A DNA stretch of 28,128 nucleotides from a virus (lineage: Duplodnaviria > Caudoviricetes). Location: positions 1-28,128 of the IMG/VR virus record IMGVR_UViG_3300049928_000003, one strand, 5' to 3'. Positions 16,778-26,420 of the stretch are shown piece by piece (the stretch's first letter is position 1; each line of letters opens with the position of its first letter). A program made the position numbers and the translations under genes. The notes beneath the pieces were generated by a model. It made no database searches and was not told where the DNA came from. It saw only the letters and a program-made list of their open reading frames with translations.

Positions 16778-19700
16778 ATGGCGACTCAGGGCGAATGGTT
16801 CCCTAGTGGCAACTCCGGCCAGACTTCTAACGCAGGACTATGGTTCCCGGGGCTGAGTAAGACCGACAGCTATGCTAAGACAGCTTTAGCCCTAGCTAAG
16901 GCTTCTCACCCCGGGCATCACTCAGATATCGGAGGATTTCTTGCTCATCTTGCGGGGGACGTGGTTACAAGTGCGGAGGGACTGCCTGCGGGCATCGTTC
17001 ATCTTGCCACACAGAATCCTATTACGTCCGCCAAAGAGATTTACAAAGGAGAGAAGGCTCAGTGGTCGCCCCTCCTAACCGGTGATTACAATAAGTTTCT
17101 CCACAATTTCTATGAGCATCCTCTCGGCCCCATCCTCGACACTGCCGGTCTTCTGACTGGTGGAGCAGGTATCGCAGCACGATTAGGTATGCTTGGTAAG
17201 TTCGGCGTGGGCGCAGAGCGCACATTGCAGATGACTAGCAAGATCGGAGAGACAGCGGAAGCCCCCATCGATATGGGCAGGTTCTCTGCTAATCCAGTCA
17301 TCCGCCTACGTCAGAAGGCTTTCGATCAGATCACAAAGCAACTGCCTAACCAGACCCCTCTTATGGGGGAATCGGCTAGGGCAGCGCGCTCTCTAGCACG
17401 TATTACTGCTGAGAAGACAGCACGGTCGAAGACCGTAGTTGACACCTATCGTAATGCAGCTATTAAGCTTAAGGCCGGTCATGTTCATACTGCGTACATC
17501 GCGGTGAGTACAGGCCAGGCTCCGCTGACTATTCTCAAGGATATGCGTCATCACATCGATGTGCATAACGAGAAGACTGCTACAGATATCTCTAAGCTTA
17601 AGACGAAGATAGATGCGCATCAGCACATTAAGCCCCTTGAAACTGACACTAAGAAGATTCAGCATCAGTGGATGATGAAGGATATGGCTATGCAGCGTCG
17701 TATGGACGATTTAGTCGGATCTCTCCGCCAGATGGAACCTAGCACAGAGCAGGCACTTCTTGATCCTAAGGCGCAGCGTCTCTTCCATGAGGTTCAAGCC
17801 GCACACATGAAGCTTAAGAAGGAGAAGGGATATGAAGCCGACCCGGAACACCGAGTCAATATTCATTCTGCTCTTAGTGATGTTAAGCTTAGTCGTGATG
17901 TTCGCAAAGTTCTTATTGCTCGTGACGCAGCTAAGGATGCCGCACATCTAGACGCTCAGGTTCGTAAGTTGCCCTTTGAGCAGACTGAGACTCGTAAGTA
18001 TCTCCATCAGCTACTTCGAAAGGGCGCAACCTTCGAACCCGATAAGCTGGCGCTGGTAGAGCACCGAGGCGAACTCAAGCTCGCTGATCTGGGCGAGGAT
18101 GGCAAGGTCGCACTCATTAGCCGCAAGGGCAATGTCTCCAACAATTTCCGTGCGAGAGTCGATGCTAGCAAGATTACGAAGATCAAGCCTGAAGAGGCAC
18201 AAGCGTATCTGGACGAAGCGTTCCCTCTCTCTGCCCCTGATGTTAGTCGCGCACTCTATCACAAGAACGGTATCGCGAATGAGCTTAAAAAGTTGCAGAC
18301 TACCCACAAGAAAATCGGTTATGCAGAGCCGGTCTACTTCCCGGATAAGCTCGCGCTCGATATTCCTAAGGAGGGAGTCTCGCGAGAGTCCAAATATTCT
18401 GGAGGACTGGCTACTAGCATTAAAAATCAACAGAACCTCGGTTCTCTCTATATGGCGGGTGTGATTAACCACGATCCGCTTATCCTCGCGAAGCAGGCTA
18501 TGACTTCTGTCATGGTCGCACATGCGGCGGATATTGCAGAGACTCTTCGTGCGCACGCTACGGCGTACCACGGTAAGGGAGTCCCTAAGGGTTACGTGGC
18601 ATTGACTAAGATGAGTGTTGCTCGTCCGTATATGAACGAGTACATCGACCAATTCCGCAAGGAAATGGCTCACCATCTTGAGAACGGTAACGCCCATGAT
18701 ATGACTCGTCAATTCCTTGACAATCACGTTACCGATTCAGCGGGTGCAGCCGCCGATGGTCATAAGCTAATTATCCCACAGAAGGTGGTCGATGCACTTG
18801 CTCCCGAGTACCAGAAATCTTCCGGACTAGCGCAGGCATTCTATAAGAATCCTCAGCGCGTGTGGAAGCACATGGTACTTGCTGGTAGGCCCGCTCCGTT
18901 CATCGTCAACAACATCGTGGGTAACTCCCTAATGTACGCTCTGCGTCACGCAGGGCCAGGAGGGATTCACGCACTAGTTGGAGCGAGGAACGAAGAGAGC
19001 ACGCTGGAAAAGCTATTCGCGTCGAGGCATCTTAGCTTCGGCCAGGCCCACGCCATCAAGCGCGAGGGTAAACTAGCCGCTACTCTTAATGCCCCATACC
19101 GCGTAGTTGGGTTCCACGAACATATGGTCAGACGAGCTTCCATGATCGCGAGCGCTAAGGCAATGCCTGAGGTACGCGCGGAGTTGCGAAGGCTCCGTGG
19201 GAGCCCTGCTGTAAATGAAGCCGGGGAGACACGTCTCCATCAGGCCATAGTTGCTGCGGATAAAAAGCACAAGGGTATTATCGCTCAGATCGGCGATCAT
19301 ATTGATGATGTCGCTGGTGACTATCGACACTTCTCCAAGGGAGAGGAAAGAGTCCGCGATATCATGCCCTTCTACGCTTGGACTAGGCACGCTGCACGCT
19401 CCTATTATAGACTACTAACTGATCGTCCGCTTACTGCGGCAATGATCACTCATATTGGACAAAACGGTTCTAAGCAACAGCAACAGATGATGGGCGATCT
19501 TCCTGGTTATATGAACCAGTATATCCCATCGCATCTTCTTCGTGCGTTAGGCTATGGTAAGGATGCACGATCCTCCGTGTTCAACGCGAAGGTTCTGAAT
19601 CCAGAGGCTACTGTAGCAGATACGATCAAAACGATAGGCGCTCTAGTGTCGGGTAAACCCGGACAGGCTCCATCGGATCTGACAGCGAACCTCTCACCCC

Positions 19701-20143
19701 TTGTTACGGCTCCTATCGAGGCAACTACAGGGATGAGCCTGCTCACTGGCGCACCGATCAAGAAGAACTTCCTGTCGGGGCATGGAGCATTAGGCGGGGC
19801 TTTCGGAAATGTAGCCGTTAACCTACCGATCCCTAAGCTTCTGGAGACGCTACTTCCAGCCGGTACTCCCGGTTCGGCAAAGCGTGACCCGACAGACATT
19901 CATAATCTCTTCACTCCTACGGGCAAGCCGAAGACTCAGCATCAAGACACTATTGCCAAGGATTGGCAGACGCAGGTACTCAACACTATTCTGGGTATCC
20001 CTGCGAAGTCGATTGATGTTAAGGCGGCACAGGAGCAAAAGAAGAGTGCAGATACCAAGGCCCGAAATGCAAGTGGCTTCCACGTCGCTAAGAAGCGAAA
20101 GAGTACTCGGAAGTCGTCTGTCAATGGAAACTGGTTCAAGTAG
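16778..20143 (+). CDS. Large putative internal virion / DNA ejection protein (1121 aa)
   Basis: AAGGAGGT SD; WK..VLAGRP..IVNNIVGN, GDYRHFSKGEE.VRDIMPFYAWTR and NLSPLV.APIE..TG motifs typical of large podoviral internal proteins. Confidence 0.7.
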   Translation: MATQGEWFPSGNSGQTSNAGLWFPGLSKTDSYAKTALALAKASHPGHHSDIGGFLAHLAGDVVTSAEGLPAGIVHLATQNPITSAKEIYKGEKAQWSPLLTGDYNKFLHNFYEHPLGPILDTAGLLTGGAGIAARLGMLGKFGVGAERTLQMTSKIGETAEAPIDMGRFSANPVIRLRQKAFDQITKQLPNQTPLMGESARAARSLARITAEKTARSKTVVDTYRNAAIKLKAGHVHTAYIAVSTGQAPLTILKDMRHHIDVHNEKTATDISKLKTKIDAHQHIKPLETDTKKIQHQWMMKDMAMQRRMDDLVGSLRQMEPSTEQALLDPKAQRLFHEVQAAHMKLKKEKGYEADPEHRVNIHSALSDVKLSRDVRKVLIARDAAKDAAHLDAQVRKLPFEQTETRKYLHQLLRKGATFEPDKLALVEHRGELKLADLGEDGKVALISRKGNVSNNFRARVDASKITKIKPEEAQAYLDEAFPLSAPDVSRALYHKNGIANELKKLQTTHKKIGYAEPVYFPDKLALDIPKEGVSRESKYSGGLATSIKNQQNLGSLYMAGVINHDPLILAKQAMTSVMVAHAADIAETLRAHATAYHGKGVPKGYVALTKMSVARPYMNEYIDQFRKEMAHHLENGNAHDMTRQFLDNHVTDSAGAAADGHKLIIPQKVVDALAPEYQKSSGLAQAFYKNPQRVWKHMVLAGRPAPFIVNNIVGNSLMYALRHAGPGGIHALVGARNEESTLEKLFASRHLSFGQAHAIKREGKLAATLNAPYRVVGFHEHMVRRASMIASAKAMPEVRAELRRLRGSPAVNEAGETRLHQAIVAADKKHKGIIAQIGDHIDDVAGDYRHFSKGEERVRDIMPFYAWTRHAARSYYRLLTDRPLTAAMITHIGQNGSKQQQQMMGDLPGYMNQYIPSHLLRALGYGKDARSSVFNAKVLNPEATVADTIKTIGALVSGKPGQAPSDLTANLSPLVTAPIEATTGMSLLTGAPIKKNFLSGHGALGGAFGNVAVNLPIPKLLETLLPAGTPGSAKRDPTDIHNLFTPTGKPKTQHQDTIAKDWQTQVLNTILGIPAKSIDVKAAQEQKKSADTKARNASGFHVAKKRKSTRKSSVNGNWFK

Positions 20144-20153
20144 GGGGTGAAGA

Positions 20154-21332
20154 GTGGCATTAACACCGCAGCAGCAGAATACCCTGGTCGCTATTAAGTC
20201 AGCGGCAGCAGCACACAATGTTGACTGGCGTGTCATGGCTGCTCTAGCCCATCACGAATCTAATCTAGGACAGAGTACGTATGGAGACGGTGGGCACGCT
20301 ATCGGCCCTTTCCAGTTGAATAACGCTGGTGGCGTGCTCACAGGTCTACCCGAAAAGGAGTATCAGTCGTATGCAAATCCTCGCAAGAACGCAGATTACG
20401 CTGCAAACGCCCTCGCTAGACTCGGTATCACCCGAGGTTCTGGAACGGTTGAGTCGCAAATTCAACAAGGTGTTAACCGATTTGAACGACCAGCTAATAA
20501 GGGAGCAGAAATTGCAGATGCTACCCAATGGTACCGAAGTACTCTTGCTGGATCTAATCCCAACGCCGTTACCACTCCCGCCGCAGGCGTAGCTCCGACG
20601 ACGAATAAGGGGATGGCGCAGCAGGTACAGCCTGCCGCATCGACACCCCTTCAAAACAACCGTCTAAACCTACTTGCGTACACCATGGCGAACTCACCGC
20701 AGGCTAGGGCCTCAGGAGTCGCGCCATCTCTCGGAAACCTATTGCTCTCGCAACTTATGAACCCTACAGCGGGTTCTCCGATGATGCCTCAGCCGCAGGG
20801 TACTCAGCAAATTACGCAGCAGCCTACGATTACGGGACAAACACCTACCTCAGCGGGAATCGCTCCTACAGGGATAGTACCTGGTACGAAGCAGACTCGC
20901 GGAGGCGCAGTCATCGGCGGTATCGTGGGTTCCGCTAACCTCGGACGCACCGACATGGGAGTAGACTTCCGTGGAAAGGGCGCTATCCCGGCATTCGGAG
21001 ACGGAGTGGTAACCCGAGTAGACACTAAAGATACTGGTTGGCCTGGAGCACACGGGGCTAACACGGGAGCAATGATCACCTACAAGCTAACTAGTGGGCC
21101 AAATGCAGGGAAGTTTGTGTATATTGCCGAGTCTCTTATCCCGCATGTTCAGGTAGGACAGAAGATTACTGCCGGTCAGCATATCGCTACCGCGCTTGGT
21201 ACAGGAGCCCAGACAGAAATGGGATGGGCAGCAGACCAACACGGAACTACGCTTGCACACGCAACTACAGGATATACAGAGGGTCAGGTAACGAACGCAG
21301 GTAAGTCGTTCCGGGCCTACCTAGGACTTTAG
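20154..21332 (+). CDS. Virion-associated peptidoglycan hydrolase: lysozyme/transglycosylase-like domain, Q/P/T linker, M23-like domain (392 aa)
   Basis: AAAAHNVDWRVMAALAHHES...GPFQL (SLT-type catalytic ES) and NRFERPA; C-terminal DMGVDF...AFGDGVVTRV...VQVGQKITAGQHIA (M23-fold pattern). Confidence 0.8.
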   Translation: MALTPQQQNTLVAIKSAAAAHNVDWRVMAALAHHESNLGQSTYGDGGHAIGPFQLNNAGGVLTGLPEKEYQSYANPRKNADYAANALARLGITRGSGTVESQIQQGVNRFERPANKGAEIADATQWYRSTLAGSNPNAVTTPAAGVAPTTNKGMAQQVQPAASTPLQNNRLNLLAYTMANSPQARASGVAPSLGNLLLSQLMNPTAGSPMMPQPQGTQQITQQPTITGQTPTSAGIAPTGIVPGTKQTRGGAVIGGIVGSANLGRTDMGVDFRGKGAIPAFGDGVVTRVDTKDTGWPGAHGANTGAMITYKLTSGPNAGKFVYIAESLIPHVQVGQKITAGQHIATALGTGAQTEMGWAADQHGTTLAHATTGYTEGQVTNAGKSFRAYLGL

Positions 21333-21344
21333 AAGGGGGGCATT

Positions 21345-21485
21345 ATGACTAAAGATGAAGTAGAACAGAAGAGATTACATTTAGTGGGGGCTATGGCTGT
21401 TGGACTCGTTGATCCAAAGAAGGATCAGGAATATACGCTGGCTTCCTTCCCCTTGCGAATCAAGAGCAGTCGGGCCGATGCGTGA
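21345..21485 (+). CDS. Hypothetical protein (46 aa), not in the ORF track
   Basis: AAGGGGGG SD, ATG 21345, GTGA overlap with the next gene. Confidence 0.6.
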   Translation: MTKDEVEQKRLHLVGAMAVGLVDPKKDQEYTLASFPLRIKSSRADA

Positions 21486-21706
21486 CCCACATAGCCCCTC
21501 CCTCCGTCATGGACTGGTATCGCCGGAATCTATCTCTCCTAGGACGTTTGGGAGCGACTCTTATCGGGGCAGTCGGTCTGTGTATACAACTGGTACTATT
21601 TCCGCTCTTAAGCCTACCAACCGATTCGACAGTCTCGGCGATATGTGCCGGGCTCTTATTAGGCGGGCAGGTAGCCGTGATCAACGGTCTCAGAAAGGAA
21701 GAGTAG
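21482..21706 (+). CDS. Two-TM membrane protein, holin-like (74 aa)
   Basis: Two hydrophobic segments, charged C-terminus (LRKEE), lysis-cassette position. Confidence 0.6.
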   Translation: MTHIAPPSVMDWYRRNLSLLGRLGATLIGAVGLCIQLVLFPLLSLPTDSTVSAICAGLLLGGQVAVINGLRKEE

Positions 21707-21708
21707 AT

Positions 21709-21786
21709 TTGGAAAGGTTAGGTGACATATACCTAGCAATAGGGGTCATCGCCTTATTCATATATCTAGTCGTAGGTCTTTACTAA
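21709..21786 (+). CDS. Single-TM micropeptide (25 aa), not called separately in the track
   Basis: AAGGAAG then TTG 21709; MERLGDIYLAIGVIALFIYLVVGLY; TAATG coupling to the next gene. Confidence 0.55.
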   Translation: MERLGDIYLAIGVIALFIYLVVGLY

Positions 21787-22253
21787 TGACACAACTTGAT
21801 CCTAATAAAATGAGAGATAAATGGCGAGCGCCTATCGGCTCTCTTGCTTACATTATTATTACAGTTATTGTTTCTATTGCCATTGTGTATGTTTTTGCCG
21901 TTAGACCGCAGAACCATACTATTAATATAGCTTCAAAGGCTGCGATCTTAGCTCAGAATCAGGAAGAACAAATAGTCGCTCAGCAAAAGACGATCAATGC
22001 AGTAATTAGTCAACTACAGGCACAAGCAGGTGTTCTCTCTCATCAGGCTATCGATAGACAGAATGACACTAATGCTTTTGCAGGAGCTATTTGTACCCAA
22101 CGTACACGACTACTAATCTCAGTTCGAGATTCTCGGACTCCCCCTGTATCAGCTAAGGCTAGTAAGAAATCGGCGGATGATCTATGGAAGTTCTTGAAAC
22201 AGCTTAGTCCTCATCCCCCAACTAAATGTAAGGGTGTAGACCCGTACCCGTAA
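21786..22253 (+). CDS. N-terminally anchored membrane protein with coiled-coil ectodomain (155 aa)
   Basis: TM LAYIIITVIVSIAIVYVFAV, Gln-rich heptads, two Cys. Confidence 0.7.
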   Translation: MTQLDPNKMRDKWRAPIGSLAYIIITVIVSIAIVYVFAVRPQNHTINIASKAAILAQNQEEQIVAQQKTINAVISQLQAQAGVLSHQAIDRQNDTNAFAGAICTQRTRLLISVRDSRTPPVSAKASKKSADDLWKFLKQLSPHPPTKCKGVDPYP

Positions 22254-22261
22254 GGAGTAAT

Positions 22262-22453
22262 ATGAACTGGTTCAAGCTTCACCCGAAGATTCAGAACGCC
22301 CTAGCTCTCGCACTCGGACTAGACTCCGCTGCGATTCTCGCATGGGTCAACGGTACGACTACGTGGAAAGAGTCTCTAGCAGCTATCGTCACGATTGATC
22401 TGCCCGTGCTCGCGGGATACCTTACTCCTTCGAAGACTACCCCGGAGGTATAA
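22262..22453 (+). CDS. Putative holin (63 aa)
   Basis: AAGGAG SD; two hydrophobic helices ending LAGYLTPS; TAATG coupled to the endolysin. Confidence 0.7.
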   Translation: MNWFKLHPKIQNALALALGLDSAAILAWVNGTTTWKESLAAIVTIDLPVLAGYLTPSKTTPEV

Positions 22454-23100
22454 TGGCCCTATCGACTGCCCTAGCTCTTAAACTTAAGACCGCCCTATAT
22501 AAGGATGCGATAAAGTACAACTACGTTGTCCCTGGATTCAGGGTCTATCGTAGGCAGGCTGATGGGACAGTAGTTCCCGTTCCGGGTGTGGGCACTCAGT
22601 GTCGTCAGATGATCGTCTCCTACCAGAAGCGGAAGGGACTGACCGTCGATGGCACCTTCAATGCGGAAACGCAGAAGAGTTTGATTCCGCCACCACCGTT
22701 AACGGTTGGGCAGAAGATCGCCAACGTCGCCCATGCCGGGATCAATGAGGCTCCTTGCCACTACACGCAGGCACGTCCATGCGTGACCAGTCTAGCGGGG
22801 ATGAAGGCGCATGGTTGCGACTGTTCCGCCTTCGCCATGATTTGTTTGAGCGCGGTGGTATCCGGGTATAGTACCGGCTACGGCAACACATGGACTCTTA
22901 TTGCTAAGGGTACTCGTGTAGCTCGATCCAACGCTCTCCCAGGGGATCTTGTATTCTATGGGCCACGAGCGGGGGATCCCACTCATGTGGCGGTATACCT
23001 CGGTGATGGGTTCGTCGCATCGCAGGGTCACGAAGGAGGCCCCTATCTTGAGGCCATCGACTATCGTGATGACCGGATCGATATCCGGCGATATGCGTAA
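22453..23100 (+). CDS. Endolysin: peptidoglycan-binding domain plus NlpC/P60 peptidase (215 aa)
   Basis: YQKRKGLTVDGTFNAET (PG-binding); DCSAF catalytic Cys, PGDLVFYG, HVAVYLGDG. Confidence 0.9.
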   Translation: MALSTALALKLKTALYKDAIKYNYVVPGFRVYRRQADGTVVPVPGVGTQCRQMIVSYQKRKGLTVDGTFNAETQKSLIPPPPLTVGQKIANVAHAGINEAPCHYTQARPCVTSLAGMKAHGCDCSAFAMICLSAVVSGYSTGYGNTWTLIAKGTRVARSNALPGDLVFYGPRAGDPTHVAVYLGDGFVASQGHEGGPYLEAIDYRDDRIDIRRYA

Positions 23101-23162
23101 TCCCCCGACCTACGGTTCAAATTGGAGGGACTAGCTCTTAAAACGTTCCAGATCGTGATTTT

Positions 23163-23201
23163 ATTCCCTCGGGGTCTTAATTGACTTCGAGGGAATTTTT
23201 T
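23163..23201 (+). terminator. Rho-independent terminator closing the structural/lysis operon
   Basis: 14-bp stem 23163-23176/23183-23196 (two G-U pairs), loop TTAATT, T run 23196-23201. Confidence 0.85.
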
Positions 23202-23226
23202 CGTATGCGTCATCGTTTAGACCTTC

Positions 23227-23511
23227 ATGCCTAAAAACTCTTATCCCGATGAAGATGCTCGGGGTCGTCAACTCTATAAGGACTTCGGTCTTACGTATAA
23301 AGACTACGATGATATGCTGGAAAAGCAAGATGGCGTATGCGCGATTTGCGGAGGGCACAACTCATCCGGGAAAGCCCTATCGGTCGATCATTGCCACTCG
23401 ACCGGAAAGATTCGAGGACTTCTCTGTCTGCATTGTAACGTAGGTTTGGGTTACTTTCGCGATAATCCCATGCGTCTTTTGGACGCTGTGGAATATTTGG
23501 AGAGGGTCTAG
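23227..23511 (+). CDS. Endonuclease VII family (His-Me finger) nuclease (94 aa)
   Basis: FGLT.KDYDDMLEKQDGVCAICG...LSVDHCHSTGKIRGLLC..CN.GLG.FRDN. Confidence 0.93.
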   Translation: MPKNSYPDEDARGRQLYKDFGLTYKDYDDMLEKQDGVCAICGGHNSSGKALSVDHCHSTGKIRGLLCLHCNVGLGYFRDNPMRLLDAVEYLERV

Positions 23512-23545
23512 CGTTTAAACAGTACAAGCGAAAAGAAAGGCGTCT

Positions 23546-24433
23546 ATGGGACTTCTCCCAATCGACTTGCCCGAGATGATTCGCGCGGGATTAGATGCGC
23601 AGGCGAAGCAGCCAGACGGATTGCTTCATGCCTCTAGTCTACTCGAACCTCTCCGGCATTCTCAGTTAAGGGCGGCAGGTGCGCCAGAGTACCGACGTAC
23701 GTTCACAAACGACGTTACGTTGAATACGGGGACGCTGTGGCATTCTTGGCTGGAGCAACTCTTGCGTGATGGACTCGGCGTAAGTTTGGGGAATGAGAGG
23801 ATCTTCAAGCCAACTGTACTGACCGAGATTGACTGCACGAAAGGTTTCCCGGAAGGTTGGAGCGGTACGGCGGACTGGCTCATCTGGAGCCCTGAGTGGA
23901 GGGCTTTCGTCCTCGGGGACTTGAAGACTATCAAGGGGGCGGGGCTCCCATACGTTATTAGAGATGGAGCTAAAGTAGGGCATATTTGGCAAGTCTCTTC
24001 CTACTGGTACGCTTTACGTAATATGGGTTTTCCTCTAGTTGAGGGGTTTAGTATTATCTATCTTCCTAAGGATGAGGTACCCGGTAAGGATCTTCAGCCT
24101 GCGGTTATGGACTGTAACTTGATTGACGAGATGGAACTGCTAGACGCTATGACTACGAAGAAGCGTCTGGTGGATGAGTATCTGATGGAGCCTTATCCTC
24201 AGTATCTCGCTAACTTTCCAGATCGTGAATTACATAAGGTTTGGAACAAGAAAGCTAATGCTTACGACGTAGTTCTCAAGCCTCACTATCTTGCAGCGTA
24301 TTGTCGCTTTATCGACTGTGGCTGTAACGAATTAGGTCAGACCAAAGTTGGTCATATCGAGGATGGAAAGTTTGTCCCCAGAAAAGGATACGAAGACTAT
24401 GAGTCTAGAGTTATTGACGAAGCTCTCTGCTAA
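23546..24433 (+). CDS. PD-(D/E)XK (Cas4/RecB-like) exonuclease (295 aa)
   Basis: HASSL, GTLWH, SGTADWL, GDLKT and Q...Y (HIWQVSSY) motifs; adjacent to an annealing protein. Confidence 0.85.
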   Translation: MGLLPIDLPEMIRAGLDAQAKQPDGLLHASSLLEPLRHSQLRAAGAPEYRRTFTNDVTLNTGTLWHSWLEQLLRDGLGVSLGNERIFKPTVLTEIDCTKGFPEGWSGTADWLIWSPEWRAFVLGDLKTIKGAGLPYVIRDGAKVGHIWQVSSYWYALRNMGFPLVEGFSIIYLPKDEVPGKDLQPAVMDCNLIDEMELLDAMTTKKRLVDEYLMEPYPQYLANFPDRELHKVWNKKANAYDVVLKPHYLAAYCRFIDCGCNELGQTKVGHIEDGKFVPRKGYEDYESRVIDEALC

Positions 24434-24977
24434 GTTCGATGTTGACGACACAAGTATGCGTGCTGGTGGTAAGGATGGACTAGACTACATCAGCATCGAC
24501 AAGGTTATCAATCGCTTTAATGAAGTGCTTGGTACTCATTGGTCGTTCGAAATTGTTAGTGAAGATATGTACCCTCAGAGTGCGCAGGGAACTTATTTCG
24601 CAAAGATCCATGGAAAGATTAGCGCATTAGGTAAGGTTGCTCACGGAGTAGGAGCAGACATTGCGAAGGATCCTGACAAGGCTTACAAGACTGCTCTCGC
24701 AGAAGCACTCAAGAAGTGCTCCCATCAGTATGGTGTCGCACTGTACCTCTGGAACGAGGACGACCGAAATCTCCTACGGGAACAGCGTAGTCTACGTAAT
24801 AACACCCGACAGTTGGAAGCAGCCGGAGATACTTTGGCTGCGAAGAAGTCCAAGGTAATCGAACTTGCTAAGTCTCGTGGAGTGGAACTGACTAAGGAGG
24901 CTATGGCCGCGTACTTCAAGGTTGAAGATTTCAACGACGAAGCAACGTTGGATCTGATCCTCGATGCCCAGAGTTAA
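24399..24977 (+). CDS. Rad52/Rad22-family (Sak-like) single-strand annealing protein (192 aa)
   Basis: LDYISIDKVINRFNEVLGTHWSFEI...KTALAEALKKCSHQYGVALYLW; ATG 24399 preferred over the track start at 24348. Confidence 0.88.
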   Translation: MSLELLTKLSAKFDVDDTSMRAGGKDGLDYISIDKVINRFNEVLGTHWSFEIVSEDMYPQSAQGTYFAKIHGKISALGKVAHGVGADIAKDPDKAYKTALAEALKKCSHQYGVALYLWNEDDRNLLREQRSLRNNTRQLEAAGDTLAAKKSKVIELAKSRGVELTKEAMAAYFKVEDFNDEATLDLILDAQS

Positions 24978-25965
24978 GAAGTATAACTTTGATGCCCAGG
25001 CTGAACGAGCTTACAAGGCGTGGCTTAGAGATAGACCAGAACTTATTTCCTGGGACACTGAGACTTCCGGACTTACGTGGCACGACTCAGCTTTCTGCGT
25101 AACGATTGGGTGGGAGAATGAGCAGCACTACATTGAACTCGGAGACTTTGTCCGTGAGATGCAAGTGTCTACGATCCTGCGAGATACGCCTAAATGGGTA
25201 CTGCACAATGCCAAGTTCGACTTTGAAAAACTATTGTTACTTGGACTTATTGAACGCAAAGACATCACATATAATAGGTATCACGACACAGAAATGATCG
25301 CTCATCTGATTGATGAGAACCGACCTAAGGGTCTTAAGCCCTTGGCGGAAAGTGTCCTAGGAAAGAAAACTGATGAAGCTAAGGCTCTACAGAAGGAACG
25401 TCGTAGGCTCAAGCTTAAGAAGGAAGATGGATACGACAAGTTATCTCGTGAGTTCCTTGTTCCCTATGCAATCAAGGATGCACGATTTACCTTTGACCTA
25501 TACAGGACAATGGAACCTATGCTCTCCGATGGAGTCCGTCCTCTTTATGATCAGGAGCGTAAACTCGGACTCGTCCTGCTGGACATGGAATTTAAGGGAC
25601 TAGCCGTTCGTTTAGAGTATGTGCAGAACAAGGTGAAAGAGTATGGATTCATCTTGCTCAAGAGCGAGATGAAGTTACGCAGTATGACTGGTAAGGAAGA
25701 TTTTAAACCGAAGTCTACTCCCCAGATCAAAGAGGCGTTAGCTCAACGAGGATTGTTTCCCGCTGATACAGAAGCGGATACACTTAAGAAGATCGATGAT
25801 GCGTTTTGTAGGGAAATTCTGCACTTTCGCAAGTATAACAAATTACGCAACACTTACCTAGTGAACATGGTCAAGGAATACGATAACGGTATCCTGCATC
25901 CCTGGATCAGACAGATGGGAACAGTCACAGGTAGAGCAGCCAGCGGCGGAGCATCTAATAACTAG
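24964..25965 (+). CDS. polA: DNA polymerase family A, N-terminal half (3'-5' exonuclease plus thumb; 333 aa)
   Basis: ExoI WDTETSGL, ExoII HNAKFD, ExoIII YAIKDA, thumb DMEFKG...STPQI...KLRNTY; ends LHPWIRQMGTVTGRAASGGASNN-stop. Confidence 0.93.
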   Translation: MPRVKKYNFDAQAERAYKAWLRDRPELISWDTETSGLTWHDSAFCVTIGWENEQHYIELGDFVREMQVSTILRDTPKWVLHNAKFDFEKLLLLGLIERKDITYNRYHDTEMIAHLIDENRPKGLKPLAESVLGKKTDEAKALQKERRRLKLKKEDGYDKLSREFLVPYAIKDARFTFDLYRTMEPMLSDGVRPLYDQERKLGLVLLDMEFKGLAVRLEYVQNKVKEYGFILLKSEMKLRSMTGKEDFKPKSTPQIKEALAQRGLFPADTEADTLKKIDDAFCREILHFRKYNKLRNTYLVNMVKEYDNGILHPWIRQMGTVTGRAASGGASNN

Positions 25966-25974
25966 GAGGGTAGT

Positions 25975-26049
25975 ATGTATATCGGAGTCGGAACTCTGTT
26001 GGTCATTTTGATCATCCTTCTTATCGTAATCGCACTTCGGAGGATTTAA
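25975..26049 (+). CDS. Single-TM micropeptide (24 aa), not in the ORF track
   Basis: GGAGG SD overlapping the pol stop; MYIGVGTLLVILIILLIVIALRRI; TAATG coupling. Confidence 0.75.
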   Translation: MYIGVGTLLVILIILLIVIALRRI

Positions 26050-26420
26050 TGCCCATTCGTAGAGTTAATATTGATGGCAATGACGAGAATGAGAAGCCTA
26101 CCTTACGCCGGGAAGTGCTTACTGAAATGCTGAGGGCGGGTTGGCCTGACGTAGATACATGGTGTGAGGATATCCCTTACAAGGATAAGGATAAGGCTCA
26201 GAAGATCCACCATGATTTCTTGTTTAGTGTTTCGAATTCTGTGGTAGAAGGAGAAATTCCTCTTGCGGGTGTTATCTCGCTGGGAGGACTCGCTCGTAAG
26301 AATATGCCTAAGGCCATGTACCTTTTGGGATTCGCTCCTGAAGGCGGCAAGGAAACTAGGCTCCCCAATCATTGGCCCGTGTTAGACAAGGAGCCAGAGA
26401 GGAAGTATATCGATGAGTAG
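26049..26420 (+). CDS. Hypothetical protein (123 aa) inside the split pol locus
   Basis: GGAGG SD, coupled on both sides. Confidence 0.8.
   Translation: MPIRRVNIDGNDENEKPTLRREVLTEMLRAGWPDVDTWCEDIPYKDKDKAQKIHHDFLFSVSNSVVEGEIPLAGVISLGGLARKNMPKAMYLLGFAPEGGKETRLPNHWPVLDKEPERKYIDE

Noticed and set aside
23181-23209. Promoter TTGACT-17-TATGCG for the replication block
   Set aside because: The -10 is poor and the sequence is already explained by the terminator stem; it cannot be supported without start-site data.
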